Shown: positions 12,451 through 24,825 of the stretch, piece by piece
Layout of the letters: each line of letters opens with the position of its first letter
Numbering within the stretch: the stretch's first letter is position 1
Assembly (NCBI RefSeq): GCF_001194135.2
Contig: NC_068981.1
Location: forward strand, 70,665,386-70,728,230
Reading direction: 5' to 3'
Length of the DNA stretch: 62,845 bases
From: Octopus bimaculoides
Lineage: Eukaryota
Program-made: the position numbers and the translations under genes
The notes under the pieces: generated by a model
Databases searched by the model: none
Told to the model about the DNA's origin: nothing
Seen by the model: the letters and a program-made list of their open reading frames with translations, nothing else

Positions 12451-12634
12451 GGTATTTCGTCTGCCGCTACCTTCTGAGTTGAAATTCCACCGAGGTCGAC
12501 TTTGTCTTTCATCGTTTCGGCGTCGATTAAATAAGTACCAGTTACGCACTGGGGTTGATATAATCGACTTAATCCGTTTGTCTGTCCTTGTTTGTCCCCT
12601 CTGTATGTAGCCCCTTGTGGGTAGTAAAGAAATA
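12451..12634 (+). mobile_element. 3' body of the tRNA-SINE (continuation of 8271-8328) ending in a LINE-like tail
   Basis: ggtatttcgtctgccgctaccttctgagttgaaattccaccgaggtcgactttgtctttcatc..gtcgattaaataagtaccagt..; tail tgtcccctctgtatgtagccccttgtgggtagtaaagaaata. The central domain resembles the MetaSINE/Sauria-type core (inference). Confidence 0.85.
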
Positions 12635-13329
12635 AGATAAATTGATTGAATGATTGATAAACAGGCACAGATAATGTGTAGGTGCTTATGTACGTGTGTA
12701 CACATGTGCATATACCATCAGCGGTAAACGCTTCCTTTAGAAGCTTCAAATATATGGCTTATACCCTTAATAAAATCTCAAAACGGAACGATGTCTAAAG
12801 CCTTGTCACTTCGGACAGAAAAATAGAAAAGTAATGTCCTAACCTCAGTTAAAATAGTAGCATACATCCAATATTCAGGTGGAAAGGTTCAAAGAAACAT
12901 TATAAATGTCAGCGAGCGCACCAAATTTTATATAGATTTTTAACCAGGTATCTGAAGGTGTTTAATTTTGAAATCAAGTGAATGGGGGAAATATTGATCA
13001 GAGTTGGTGAAGTTAAAAAGAATATTGAATGTTTGTTATAAGCCAATATAGAGATATTGGTTGCATAAATCCAGTAAACCTAAAAAATAGACGTAAATCA
13101 AACAGGTTATAGATTTACATTGCATAAAAATTCTTCAAAGAATTCGGCTTCAACATCAATATAACAGGAAATATGTACACAGTGAACTTCCTTTCATCAA
13201 CTTCGATCTGTTCTCTTGCTTATACCAACTTCAAATTAATATAAGGCTAGTGCTTTTGTTTTGTCGGTCACTGTGATTGTCTTGGGATGACGATATTTAA
13301 GTGTTCAGAAGAGAGTTGAGGTATTGTGT

Positions 13330-15050
13330 GACGCCTGAATGTAGTGGTCAGGCATGTAAAGCAGAAGTTTAGGCCTGGGGATTAGTTGGTTAGTTATCTT
13401 GCTCAGATATATGGGCTAACGACAATAAGTGTATTTAGTTATGTATCTGTAGTATCAGGTCTTTGTTACTGCTAATTAATTTTTGCTATTTTATTTGTTA
13501 CACACAATGATGTTTCCATTATAATGTTATTAGGGGAGTGTGCAGGAGATATTGGTGATATGTAATCGGTGGATGTTTGCTACAGTCGATAGAGATTTGC
13601 ATATATTTATTAAATCAATTCGATTCGTACCGCTGATTATATTGTCAATGTGTTTTTCCAATGTGTTGTCCTTCTCTATAAATGATTATTTGTCTTTCAC
13701 AATATGTAAGTGCTGCCCTTATAAGTTTTTGTACGTTATTAACACACAACCACCATGGATTGACAGTTCAGTCATATTAACAAGGCATTTTGAATTTTAG
13801 ACATCTTAAGATATATTTGTTAAACGCTATGAAATTCGTAGGTTACTATTTTATGCGTGATGATAACGTTTTTCTTTCTTAAAAATCTTTTCTTATGGCG
13901 TTAGTGCAAATATGTAATATTTTAAATTTCTTTGGTGTACGATTATATGATTTACTTTATGTGTATAATCCTAGAAATTGCTGTATGTACTCGGTGTAGA
14001 ACAATGATTTTGAGAGCTAATAGCAACAGTTCTTATGGTTAATGTTATTGCTACACTTCAGTTTTATATGAAGATTTGTCACATGACAATGTTTGATTAG
14101 ATGTGTATGTGTTTCGACAACAAAGATTTAATCTTTTGGAGATTCTAATGTCCATTTCATGCAATATCGTCATTTTCAGATTGTTATTCATACAGGTTCC
14201 GACCACGTGTTATTGTCTTCCGTATATTCATCGTACAACCTTTCGCAAAAATCCTTTGTTGTACAGCATGTTTTATACGTCCAGCCTCTGTTTCTTAATT
14301 TTTTAGACGCATTGTCTTAAGTTTCTAATTGAGAGAAGGACTATGTAGAATCTATTTTAACGTTGTTAATAACCTTAGCAACAGAAATTTGATAGCATAA
14401 TGGCTTGTACAGTCTTTCATATATTTCTAATTCATATTGTGAAAATTCTTGACCGTTCAAAATAGTGTTTCTGTGAAAATATATTTTCTAGGTATGAAAA
14501 TTCAACTAAACTTTGAGAAATATTTCATTTCAAGTTATAAAGAACTCCATTAATTTGCATCTCCCTGGAACATGGTTTCAAATTCATTGGTATTTTTCAC
14601 ACATATATAGATTTTGTTTTACATAATGTTCGGTGTTGCACTTGTTTGGCAAGTGAAGTGTTATTTCTGTGAACATATACATGAATGCATGTATTTATAC
14701 ACACTCACAGACAGGAAGCAATATTGGGGAGTATAAAATTGGAAGAGAGAAATAAATAAAGACTACTAGCTTTTTATATTAAACATTATTCAAGCAACAC
14801 TAATTTCACATATGTATATCCGTTCGTGACTGTCGCTTGAACATAGTTTTCTCTTCAATACGGCAGATTAAATCTTGTCTCAGTTTCATAGTTTATATTT
14901 ACAATGCTTTATTATAGGCAATAATTCCTTCTGTATGGACATGTCAGCAACTACAAAAAGCACAGTATTATTATCAGACCCCATGAAATATAATGTCATG
15001 TGAAATAAATAATTTACGAACGTTTCACTTCATTTGTTTATTTTTGTGAC
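13330..15050 (-). mobile_element. Highly degenerate Penelope-like element (Neptune-like RT/GIY-YIG remnants)
   Basis: Weak by-eye matches only: FMGSD (RT MGS motif), LSCDKSSY, KNITYLH, CQSMVVVC..KTYKGST, LCV..KIAKI. Many stops. Confidence 0.4.
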
Positions 15051-16824
15051 GTTTTAAAACTATTCCTAGCTATCTAGTTACAAGATACCTTAACAATTTA
15101 CCCCATATATTTACGCTGGTTAAGGAAATATTCAATATTTATTTCTTCGCATCAAAAAAAAAAGTTTTAAGAGAACGTTGTTTCAGTGTGAAAAACAAAA
15201 TATTCCCATTTATTAATTCCTTGTATCAGAGATTTTACATTCTCTCTTAAAAGTTTTTTTGTTAAACTTAAAATGCTGCTGCAATCATAAACAAAGTAGA
15301 GTAATTTAAAATAGGAATAAATTACAGTATTTGTTTTCAATTTAGTAGTTTAATTTATAACATTAATGGTTGATTCTTTGTATCCTTGAAGTCGCATTGA
15401 CATGCAGTATAAATTTCATCATTGAAACAAATACACCCAACGGTCCACTCATATTTTATGACGTCTGACCGGCTCCTCTAATTGTCTCTTTAACCGTCCC
15501 TTCCTCACTTTTATGAGTTTCATATTAGTAGCATAGTTCCAAGAGTCGTTTGCAATTTTTTCATAATTTATTGAAGTTTCTCCCACGTGATTCCAAACCA
15601 AAATGATAATCAGTCCCTTATTAATTTAGTCTGCATGACATAAATAAGATATTCCATTAGGAGAATTCTGATGGCTGATATTTACATGTCCCAGAGTTTT
15701 CTACGACAGAATATTAATTCTAAACTAATACCATTTATTTTCGCTTAAATTAACTTTTGTGTAACAATTTATATTAAACTTTTAAGTTATAACGGATGTT
15801 TTTTAAAAGGTTAAGCGACACTGTAGTTTGAGGAATCTAGAAACCAATTTTGTAAAGAATTTGTTCCATTTTTCCAACTATCCTTTGGGCCATATGCAAC
15901 TGGCAACCGGCTGTACAGCATTTTACAGCTGTTGGGATAGCCACTGTAATGTTTTGCAATGGTTACACTAATGCGGAATGCAGTCAACGACCGAAAGGGG
16001 GAAAAATAAAAACGGATTGAAAGCAGCATTGAAGACGTTTCGAAACTGGGTTAAGAACGAGAACAGGATTACATCAAAGTGACGAAACTTCATCTCACTT
16101 GAGAATTAGACTTCTTTAACAGACACACAAAAACTGCTTTTCAGAAGACAATGTATTTAATGGTAATATTTTCTTTCCTTTCTCTATATCATGGTGACTT
16201 TTCGAGAGGAAGTAAAAACTGCTCCAAGTGGAAAAGAATTTATTCACAAAATTGAATTTCAGAAATGTATATATTTTATCTTCTTCAGCTATTGACCTGC
16301 AGATATTTGAATTCAAATATGTGAAAGTAACAATAAATTCACATAACTAATTGCTGCAAGCTAATTTGATACGTTCATTTTATCCGCTTTTCTAATGATT
16401 CAGTTAATATGATGTCTTCTGCTTTAATTATTCTTTTTGTTCAAGACACAAGGCAATAATACATTTTGGAGGAGTTGACAGCTAATGATATAAACGTCAA
16501 TGCTTGTGTGGAAATTTTTTTTATCTCTCCCAGAAAACTCAATTAAAATACATTTTAGCGAAATTCGAAACCAAAATGTCATGTTCTCCCACTCTACCGG
16601 TTTAATCATTCCCGGCCTACTATTGACTTGATTAATGAATAAATTAGAAGTAATGGTGGGTTATATATTGAATAGAGAGCTATCTTCTATATCGTAGGGA
16701 TTAAAGATAGCTCCAAACGAAACAATAATTGAATTTGAGACTGAGCATAAAATATGTTGCTAAAAGCTATGCAAATTATAAAAATTATAAAGATTATAAA
16801 GTATTTATGATATGAATGTATATA

Positions 16825-16864
<40 letters not shown>

Positions 16865-16874
16865 NNNNNNNNNN

Positions 16875-16917
<43 letters not shown>

Positions 16918-17158
16918 ATACTAAATTTTATGGTTAGATAGATAATACAGATATAATTATGTTTATTAAGGGATTAATACAGTATTATGAAAATAAAAAT
17001 AGTTGTTATAATTATGCGTCTATAAAAATGTGGTGTTACTGAACAATATGGGATGGGCATGGTTGTATAGGTGCTAATTGATCCGCATACATATAAAAAC
17101 ACACACATATATACTGGATAATGTTATTTGGAAGCAATAATTTTTACCAACTATCTCA

Positions 17159-17476
17159 GATTCCCTCCGGTCACGAATTACTATGGGATTGCACCTAGAA
17201 AGTTACCTTCTGAGGCACGAGCCGGGCAAGGTTGTTTATGGAAGATCAGCAGTCGCCCATGCATACCAGCCACCCTTCTCCACGCCAGCCAAAGGAAAGG
17301 CCGATACAGCTTGGCACCAGTGACGTCGCAGCTCATTTCCACAGCTGAGTGAACTGGGACAACGTAAAATAAAGTGTTAAGCTCAAGAACACAACACGCA
17401 GCCCGGCTCGTGATTCGAACTCTCAACCTCACGGTCGTAAGTTCAACGCTCTGACCACTGAGCCATGAGCCTTCAC
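17159..17476 (-). mobile_element. tRNA-derived SINE (second family, CORE-like middle)
   Basis: Head gtgaaggctcatggctcagtggtcagagcgttgaac..gagagttcgaatc with A and B boxes; gtgttcttgagcttaacactttattttacgttg middle, shared with the 38195 copy. Confidence 0.8.
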
Positions 17477-17596
17477 TACCAACATTTACCAATTATAAAG
17501 GTTATAAATATATACAACAGTAATATGGTGTTGTAACAATACTAAATTCCGTTTCATTCTATATAATGTAGGGAAATAAAAGTTGCAAAACATATA

Positions 17597-17630
<34 letters not shown>

Positions 17631-17819
17631 NNNNNNNNNNNNNNNNNNNNNNNNNNNNNNNNNNNNNNNNNNNNNNNNNNNNNNNNNNNNNNNNNNNNNN
17701 NNNNNNNNNNNNNNNNNNNNNNNNNNNNNNTTACTTGCCTATAGTTGGATGTTAATCAGCTGAACATTTTCTTTCTTTGCTTTTTCATTATGCATAGACA
17801 TACATGTATGTATAGTCTA

Positions 17820-18480
17820 TTCATCATTTCAAGCACACCTCGTCAGTTGATCATTCATTGTCAAAATTTTACATTAGGCAAACATAACATTTTTGTTTAC
17901 TTTAATGGAAACAATAAAATATTTTTCAAAAATTAATCTCGATTCATTGACCAATTCTTGTGTAACTGGACCCTCAATTCAATTCATTTGAATTGATTGA
18001 AGTGTTTGCATGAAATGTCAACCATATAATTGTTTAAAATAAATTTTCTTTGATGCATTCACAGTAAAGAAAAGCAAGAGTCCGTTTGGTCTTCAATCTG
18101 GTATAGAATTCTGAGGTATTCTATACCAGACTGTGTCATCAGTATTTAGTAAAATGTTTTCAATGGTAAATATATGGATTCATGTGGATGTCTATGAGCA
18201 TTACTATTAGATAATTGGTATAGAATTGAAAGATCTCGTTTCGTCGAATATCACTTCTAAGTTTATAGGTGACTACAAATGGTATATTTATGTTCGTCTC
18301 GTCCCTCTCATCGTAAAAAAATCTCCGGGAGTTAAGGCTTTGGATTTTTGCTTTGGTTATACCACGGTTTATAACATCGAGTACGTTTGGTTCAGTGAAA
18401 TATTTTTATGTTTACCACTCATCTCTAGCCTTCTTGCATCCGTGGCTAGTGCACACCTATTTTTCGCTATACTAAATATA
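17820..18480 (-). mobile_element. Old PLE fragment (RT thumb/linker to GIY-YIG region) of a different family
   Basis: DVINRGITKAKIQSLNSRR..NIPFVVTYK..IFQF resembles the PLE thumb/linker; about 370 bp of it recurs at 22712-23052. Confidence 0.55.
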
Positions 18481-18579
18481 TTTCTTCTAACATTAATGTA
18501 TATATTATGTATGTATTTACAGATAGATAGATAGATAGACAGAGAGAGAGAGGGAGAGAGAGAATACATATAAACAAGT

Positions 18580-21500
18580 ATATAGTGAAAATTTACAAAA
18601 AAACAAAAGACGAAGACGGGTGTGTAAACGACAAACAGATGTATTACTTTAACGTTCGGGAAGTGAGAAAGTCTTTTCGACAGAAAGGAACAGAGAAAGA
18701 AACAGGGAGAGAAAATAGAAAAGGTTTAGTGGCTAGTGATCTATCATGGCGAATGCCGGACAGAGGGGTCACACGGGAGAGCTAGGAAATAATAAAGTAG
18801 TGGTAATTCCAAAATGAAGGTGCGCGTGCGTGTGTATTTGAGAGCGTATATGTGCGTGTGGGAGGGGGCTGGTGACATTGAAGTGTGCGTGTGTGCATGC
18901 GTATGTATGTGGATGATGATGCAGGTGCTGGGAAGTTGTTAGTGCTTGTGCGTGCGCTAGTGTGGGTGATGGGAAGTGGTCAGTGCTAGTGTGTGCGGGG
19001 TGGTGCGATGTGGTGTGCGGTGGTATGCAGGTGTGTGGTGTGATGGTGTGCGGTGGTGGTGTGATGGTGTGCGGTGGTGGTGTGGTGGTGTGTTAGTGCT
19101 GGGGCATGAGGGAGGCGAGAGTGGGGAAAGCAAGTGTGGGATATAAGGGATGGGAGGGGTGGGATGAGATGTATAGGGACGGTGGCGTCGGAATGTGTAG
19201 GTGTGGGTTAACGAGGGAGGGTGACGATGAAGGGAGGGGGTGGAAGGAAGAAGATGGGTAGGAGTGAAGAAAGGAGGTTGGTGTCAGAGCAAGAGAGGAG
19301 AGGTAGGTGGGAGGAAGTAGGTGTGAGAGGAATAGAGGAGGAGGATGGTTAGATGAAGAGGGGAGGGGAGTTGACCCCATGTAGCGCAAAGGAGCGAAGA
19401 GAGAAGATTCATCTCTGCTCTTGGCGAAAACTGGAGTCCGGATGGACCCTGTGCAAGGAAACTCCGAACACAGACAGTTGTTGTAAATAATGAACGGTAG
19501 AGCGGAATTGGCACGAGATCGCGGTGTCATTGCCGAGTCTAATGTGTCGGAGGTTTTCTGCGAACCGGTCAGCCAAGCGCCGCCCCGTTTGACCGATTTA
19601 AAGAGCAGAATACAGAGAGCAGGAGATTCAGTAGATGACGTTGGTAGAAGTGAAGGTGAAGGAGTCAGTGATATGATAGAGTCAATAATGGGTGCCTGTG
19701 AGGATGGTGGTGTTGGAGAAGTAAGGGTCAGTACGGCAGCTTGGGCTGCAGGGGAACGAGTCGTGTTGGGAGGTTGGTTTAGGGAAGAAGCTGTAGACCA
19801 AGAGTTCTCGTAGGTTGTGGGCTCGTTTGAAGGAGGGGAGGGGTCAGTTAGGGAAAATGTGGAGGGTTAGGACTGGAGGGTTCGGACTGGAGTCACCAGA
19901 AGGCTTGGAGAATGGTGCGCTGGAGAGGTAGCTTGGTGGAATGGTAGGTGAGGGGAAACGGAAAAGGGAGAAGCTGAGGTGCATGCGGGGGGGAGCAAAT
20001 GCACGGTCCATGGAACGTGCTCTGACAAGGGCGGTGTGAATAGTGGTGAATGGATATCCACGTAGGATGAATTGGCGAATTATGAGTCTCAATTTCATGG
20101 TTGTCACTGCACAGTCTGCGTAGACGTAGGAATTTGGAATAGGCGATGGAGAGCTTGGTGTGTTTAGGAGAAGTTGAGGTATGACCGTGAGTGTGTGTTT
20201 GTAGTTGATGGAGGTGGTGAGAGTGGAGTAATGAATGCTGACCGAAATGTCGAGAAAGGCGACTCAGATGTCGTAAATAGTGCAGGAGAAGTGGAGAACA
20301 GGATGGAAAGATTTGATAAAAGAGTGGAAGGAGTTTAGATGATCACGGGAGAGCGAGTTCGCGCTGATACAGTCGGCAATATAACGACCATATAGTTCGT
20401 GAGTGAGACCAGTGAAATTTGAGAATATCTGGGCCTCAACGTAGCCGACGAAAAGGTTTGCATAGTTGGGGACCATTCTCGTTCCCATGTCCACTCCTGA
20501 GAAATGCAGGTAAAAATCACCTTCGAACAAGAAGCAGTTAAGTAAGAGGACAATTTCGGCCAGGCGAAGGAGTATGGATGTGTCAGGTTGGCGGTCGGGT
20601 CGAAGGTCAAGGAAATGTTGGAGTGCACGCAGCTCTTCGTGGCTAGGGATCTCTGTGTATAGGCTCTAGATGTCAAGAGTAAGAGAAGTTTAAAGGGGCC
20701 AGAAGGGAAGAAGGACTTGAACAAACGAAGAGCATGGTTGGTGTCATGGATGTGAGAGGCAAGAGAAGCCACTATGAGGGCAAGTACGCGGTCAAGATAT
20801 CTGGAGATGAGTTCGGCAGTTGCAGGCGGAGACGATGGGGCGGCCAGGGTTGTTAGGTTTGTGGGTTTTGGAGAGGAAGTAAATTGTGGGGATGCAAGGG
20901 GTGCGGAAAATGAGGTTAGAGGCGGTGGGGGACACGGGAGGAGGAGATGAGGTCATGCATAGTGGAGGACACAGTCTGTTGGTAGATGGGCGTGGGGTTG
21001 GAGGCCAGAGAGCAATGGAAGGAGGTGTCTTGAAGTTGGCGGAGAGCTTCCACTTTGTAGACGTCTGCGCGCCACACCACCACGGCCCCACCCTTGTTGG
21101 CCGGTTTTATGTTGATGTCCGTGTGGTGTCGGAGACATCGAAGGGCTGAGAGTTCGGCTGAGGAGATGTTCAGATGTCAGGGACGCTTGGAAAAGTCAAA
21201 TCGGTCCACAGCGCGCTGGCAGGCGCTTGCAAAAAGGATCGACTGCTTAGAACTGGCCAGGAGCTGGCATCCACTGGGTTGGTCGGCGGCCCAGGTCGGT
21301 GAAGCAATCCTCCTCATTTGATGCAGGTGGAGTGTTGCGGAAAAGCGCACACAACCTAACGTGGCGCACAAAGCTGTGGATTTCGGCACGAACCCGATAT
21401 TCATTGCAGGATGGAGTGAGGGGGTAGTAGCGCAGACCCCTACTGAGGAGGGAGCGCTCCGCCTCAGAGAGGAGAAAATCTGGAGGAATGGTGACAACAG

Positions 21501-22632
21501 ACTGAAGTGGAGAAGTGTTGGATGATACCGAAATAGGAGGGGTGGTGGAAGGCTAGGAGGGGGGAGGAGCGTATCAGGGAGGGAGAGAGGTAAGGGAGGA
21601 GTTGGGGTAGTGGCATCGGGTGTGATGGAATGGTGGAGTGAGTGGAGTTTCCCTTGGTTGGTGTGAGCTAGAAATTGAAGAAAGAGATGATTTAAATGAA
21701 TTATGTAACGTAAAGTAGTGCTGGCGTGGGAGGGCAACTGAGAGGAGAAGAAGATGGAAAAAGCAAGAGGGAGAAGGCGGTCGATGGTGTGTATTTTGAA
21801 GAGATTAGAACGAATGGTGGCGCGCATAAGGTGGTAGGATACAGTACGGAGTGTAGTTAGGATGGTTGAAGCAGAGTGGAGAGTGGGGTGGAAATGGAGG
21901 CTGAAACTTTAGGGATGAGGCGGCGATGAAGGAAGCGACTGAGAAAGGAAACGTGGCTAGAGAAGCGTGTTTTTTGAAAAAAAGGAGGGTAAGTTTAATA
22001 GAAGGTTCAGAGCAGCGGAAAGAAAGTGTGGAAAGGTGTTTTTTTTTTTAGGCGGTGGTGAAGGTAGAGAAGGAAAGGTTTGTAATCAGGCATGATTGAA
22101 AAACGAGAAGAGAGAGAAAGGAGAAAAAAGAAAAAAAGCGAGAGATAAAGGTAAATAAAGACGTGAGGAGCAAAATTCAAAAGTTATGGGGAGAAAAAAT
22201 GCGAAAGACGCGAGGAGAAAAATGCAAAATGCGTGAGGAGAAAAAATACAAAAAGCCTGAGGAGGAAAAAATACAAGAAGTGGGAGGAGAAAAAAAAATA
22301 AAAACAAGGAGAGAAAGAAGGAGGAAGAAGGAAGAAACATAGAGAAAGGGGAAGAAAGGGAGAATAGAAGACAAAAGGGAAAAAGAAGGGAGGGAGAGAG
22401 AGGCATGGTAACAAGTCCGGATTGAGAGAGACGACAATAGAAAAAAACAGAAAGTACAAACAAGTTTAGAAAAGTTCAAAAGGTTCAAACGTCGTGGTGT
22501 ATTGGAGCGATTTCTCATCAAAGGAAAAGTCCACAGTGTAATCCATGGGTAGGAGAGGTGCAGCCGAAGTGTAGGAGACCGAGTGTAGGAGAGTAGAAAG
22601 ACAAGGTAGAGAATCCAGGTAGAATAGTCCAA
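18580..22632 (-). mobile_element. Near-full-length decayed Penelope-like retroelement (RT + GIY-YIG endonuclease + 3' pseudo-LTR)
   Basis: SHIHDTNHAL, TLDI*SLYTEIP, GVDMGTRMVPNYANLFVGYVE, LYGRYIADCI, RGYP, and NVIY*ISCSL..IGQTGRRLADRFAE (GIY-YIG); (CAC/ACC)-rich 3' UTR; terminal repeat matching 51600-51890. Confidence 0.93.
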
Positions 22633-22634
22633 TA

Positions 22635-22686
<52 letters not shown>

Positions 22687-22711
22687 CACTAACAGAGCGT
22701 TATTTCCAAAC

Positions 22712-23052
22712 ACTTCATTTCACGCAGCCCTCGTCAACCACCAATCATTGTAAAAAATTGATATATTCAAGGCAAAAATAACATTTTCGTTTACTTTAAT
22801 GCAAACAATAAAACAATAAAATATTTTTCCAAAATTAATCTCGAATCACTGGACAATTTTTATGTAACTGGACCCTGAATTAAATTCCTTTGAATTTTTT
22901 GAAGTGTTTGCATGAAATGTCAAGATATAGTTGTTTAAAATAGTTTTCTTTAGTCTTAAATCTTGTATAGAATTCTGAAGTATTTTAATGTGATGTGTCA
23001 TCAGTATTTAGTAATATGTTTTAAATGTTAAATATATGGATTCATGTGGGTG
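22712..23052 (-). repeat. Second copy of the 17820-18190 segment (direct repeat flanking the Penelope element)
   Basis: Shared runs such as gtttactttaatg.aaacaataaaatatttt, gtaactggaccct, gaagtgtttgcatgaaatgtcaa, gtgtcatcagtatttagtaa and aaatatatggattcatgtgg. Confidence 0.85.
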
Positions 23053-23759
23053 TGCATCAGTTCCATTGTTTTTAAGAAAGTGAAGACAAAAATGCGGAAA
23101 AATATATCGATATTACTACAGATTTTATAGGTATGAGAACTGACATCAGCGCTGCATCATCTGAAAACTTTCTATGAATACATAAGCCAGTGGCTGGCCA
23201 TCGTGTCTGAGTCAACATCACGCGGTGAAATAAATATCAGTTTCTAAGCACAGTTCTTGAAAATGTGAGGAAAGGAAATGTGAATCGTGGGCTGTGTTCG
23301 TCTGAATTGCTTTGTATTGGAAATTTAATCTATGAAAAAATTGATAGACGAAGATTATTTTTTTATGTGGAACTAAGTCCTTCTGCTGAAACAAAGTTGA
23401 TTTAGATTTTTATTAATGAACGCAATGTCCATCTCTTTTGATAAGGATTTCGCGATGGTGGAGGAGTTTTGAAGGAATCCTCAAACACGTGACATGGCAT
23501 GAATGCTTGCATCAGAAAAGATTCTCAAGGTACACAAGGGGCTACATTTACCACTAGGTAAACGAGTAACCTTACAAATCCAAGTGTGGAGTGATTTCAC
23601 TTTACAATATAAAGGAAGATATCTTAATTATGTAAGACATTTATTACTCGTTCTAATATTTGTGCTGATCCTCTGCGTTATGAAATCGTAATACCAACTT
23701 CACCAGCTGATGACTAACTTATTTTCATTTCTTTTTGGATTCACCCATTAGAAATAATG

Positions 23760-24804
23760 CAATGAATCAGACTAAGCTTTGAACAAAGCAAAGCTGTAAA
23801 GAAGGACTACTGGGAGTTTGGAAATGCAGCTTAAGTCAATGGCAGTCTAGGAAGGCGTTACAAACGCATCCACCAACGCGATTTACCATAACTCGAATTT
23901 AAGGTAACATTAAAGTTGATGAAACTATTCAGAATATCCCAATTAAAATTTTCGGAAAATCGTGTCAACGATCACCACTGAAAACGAGAGGTCACTAGAA
24001 ACGTGCTAAAAGAGTTCAATAAAATCTGTATAGCAAGCAAGTAGTGAGCTATGAATTTCCCAATCAAGCGTCCATCACATTTTGAAGCATTATCAGTTGA
24101 AAATTCACACTCCAAAAATAGCCCGTATTCTCAGTTGAGAAGATATGTGCAGAGGTGTGAAGTTTTGTGAGTTGTACGTGGTAAGATGTGTATAAGATGC
24201 ACAATTTACAACGATGATTGTTTGGAGTGGAGAGACTACATTTAAATTAAATGGCTCAACTAGCTTCATCAATTGCATCAACTGGACTTGAGTATCCACA
24301 GTATTGCAGAGGAACATCATTTTAATTTACTTGAAGTTACAGTATGGTACGGCTTATCATAAAAAAAGAATGAATTAGACCATTCACTAAGAGCACTAAG
24401 TCAATGAACATTCATAAGAGATTCTAAAGTGCGGAGTTTTATTTCCAACAAGGTGGAGCAACCCTAGATTCGCTCAATAATTTAATGACCTACTTAAATG
24501 AGATTGCTTTTAACAGGTGGAAGGGGTGAAGAGATTCCGACCTCACACGATGAAAGAATTTTTTCATTGGAATACTTAAAAGATCATATTTACGGTACAA
24601 AACTAGCAACAGTCTAACTGTTAATGGCAGCCTTTGAACCAGAGTGAGCACAAAAAACAAACGAAAGATTTCTTGATATTCGCAATTCGATTGATTTGCA
24701 TTGCCTGCAGTGCTTGGACCAGAACGGTCAGAGGTGATTTAGAATACGTTCATAAAAAAATTAAATTCTGACAGATACTTTCAAATTTTGAAAATGACAT
24801 GTAT
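23760..24804 (+). mobile_element. Degenerate Tc1/mariner-superfamily transposase (DUF4817-type N-terminus, DD37D/maT-like)
   Basis: LSFEQSKAVKKDYWEFGN, HPPTRFTITRI, KFCELY..IVWSGETTFKLNG, FQQGGA, PDLT..FF; 3' end ...gaaaatgacatgta. No left TIR found. Confidence 0.75.
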
Positions 24805-24825
24805 TTAATATATTATCATAAACAC

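Noticed and set aside
15800-16320. Higher-complexity stretch as a host exon
   Set aside because: All frames are interrupted and none resembles a protein family I recognise.
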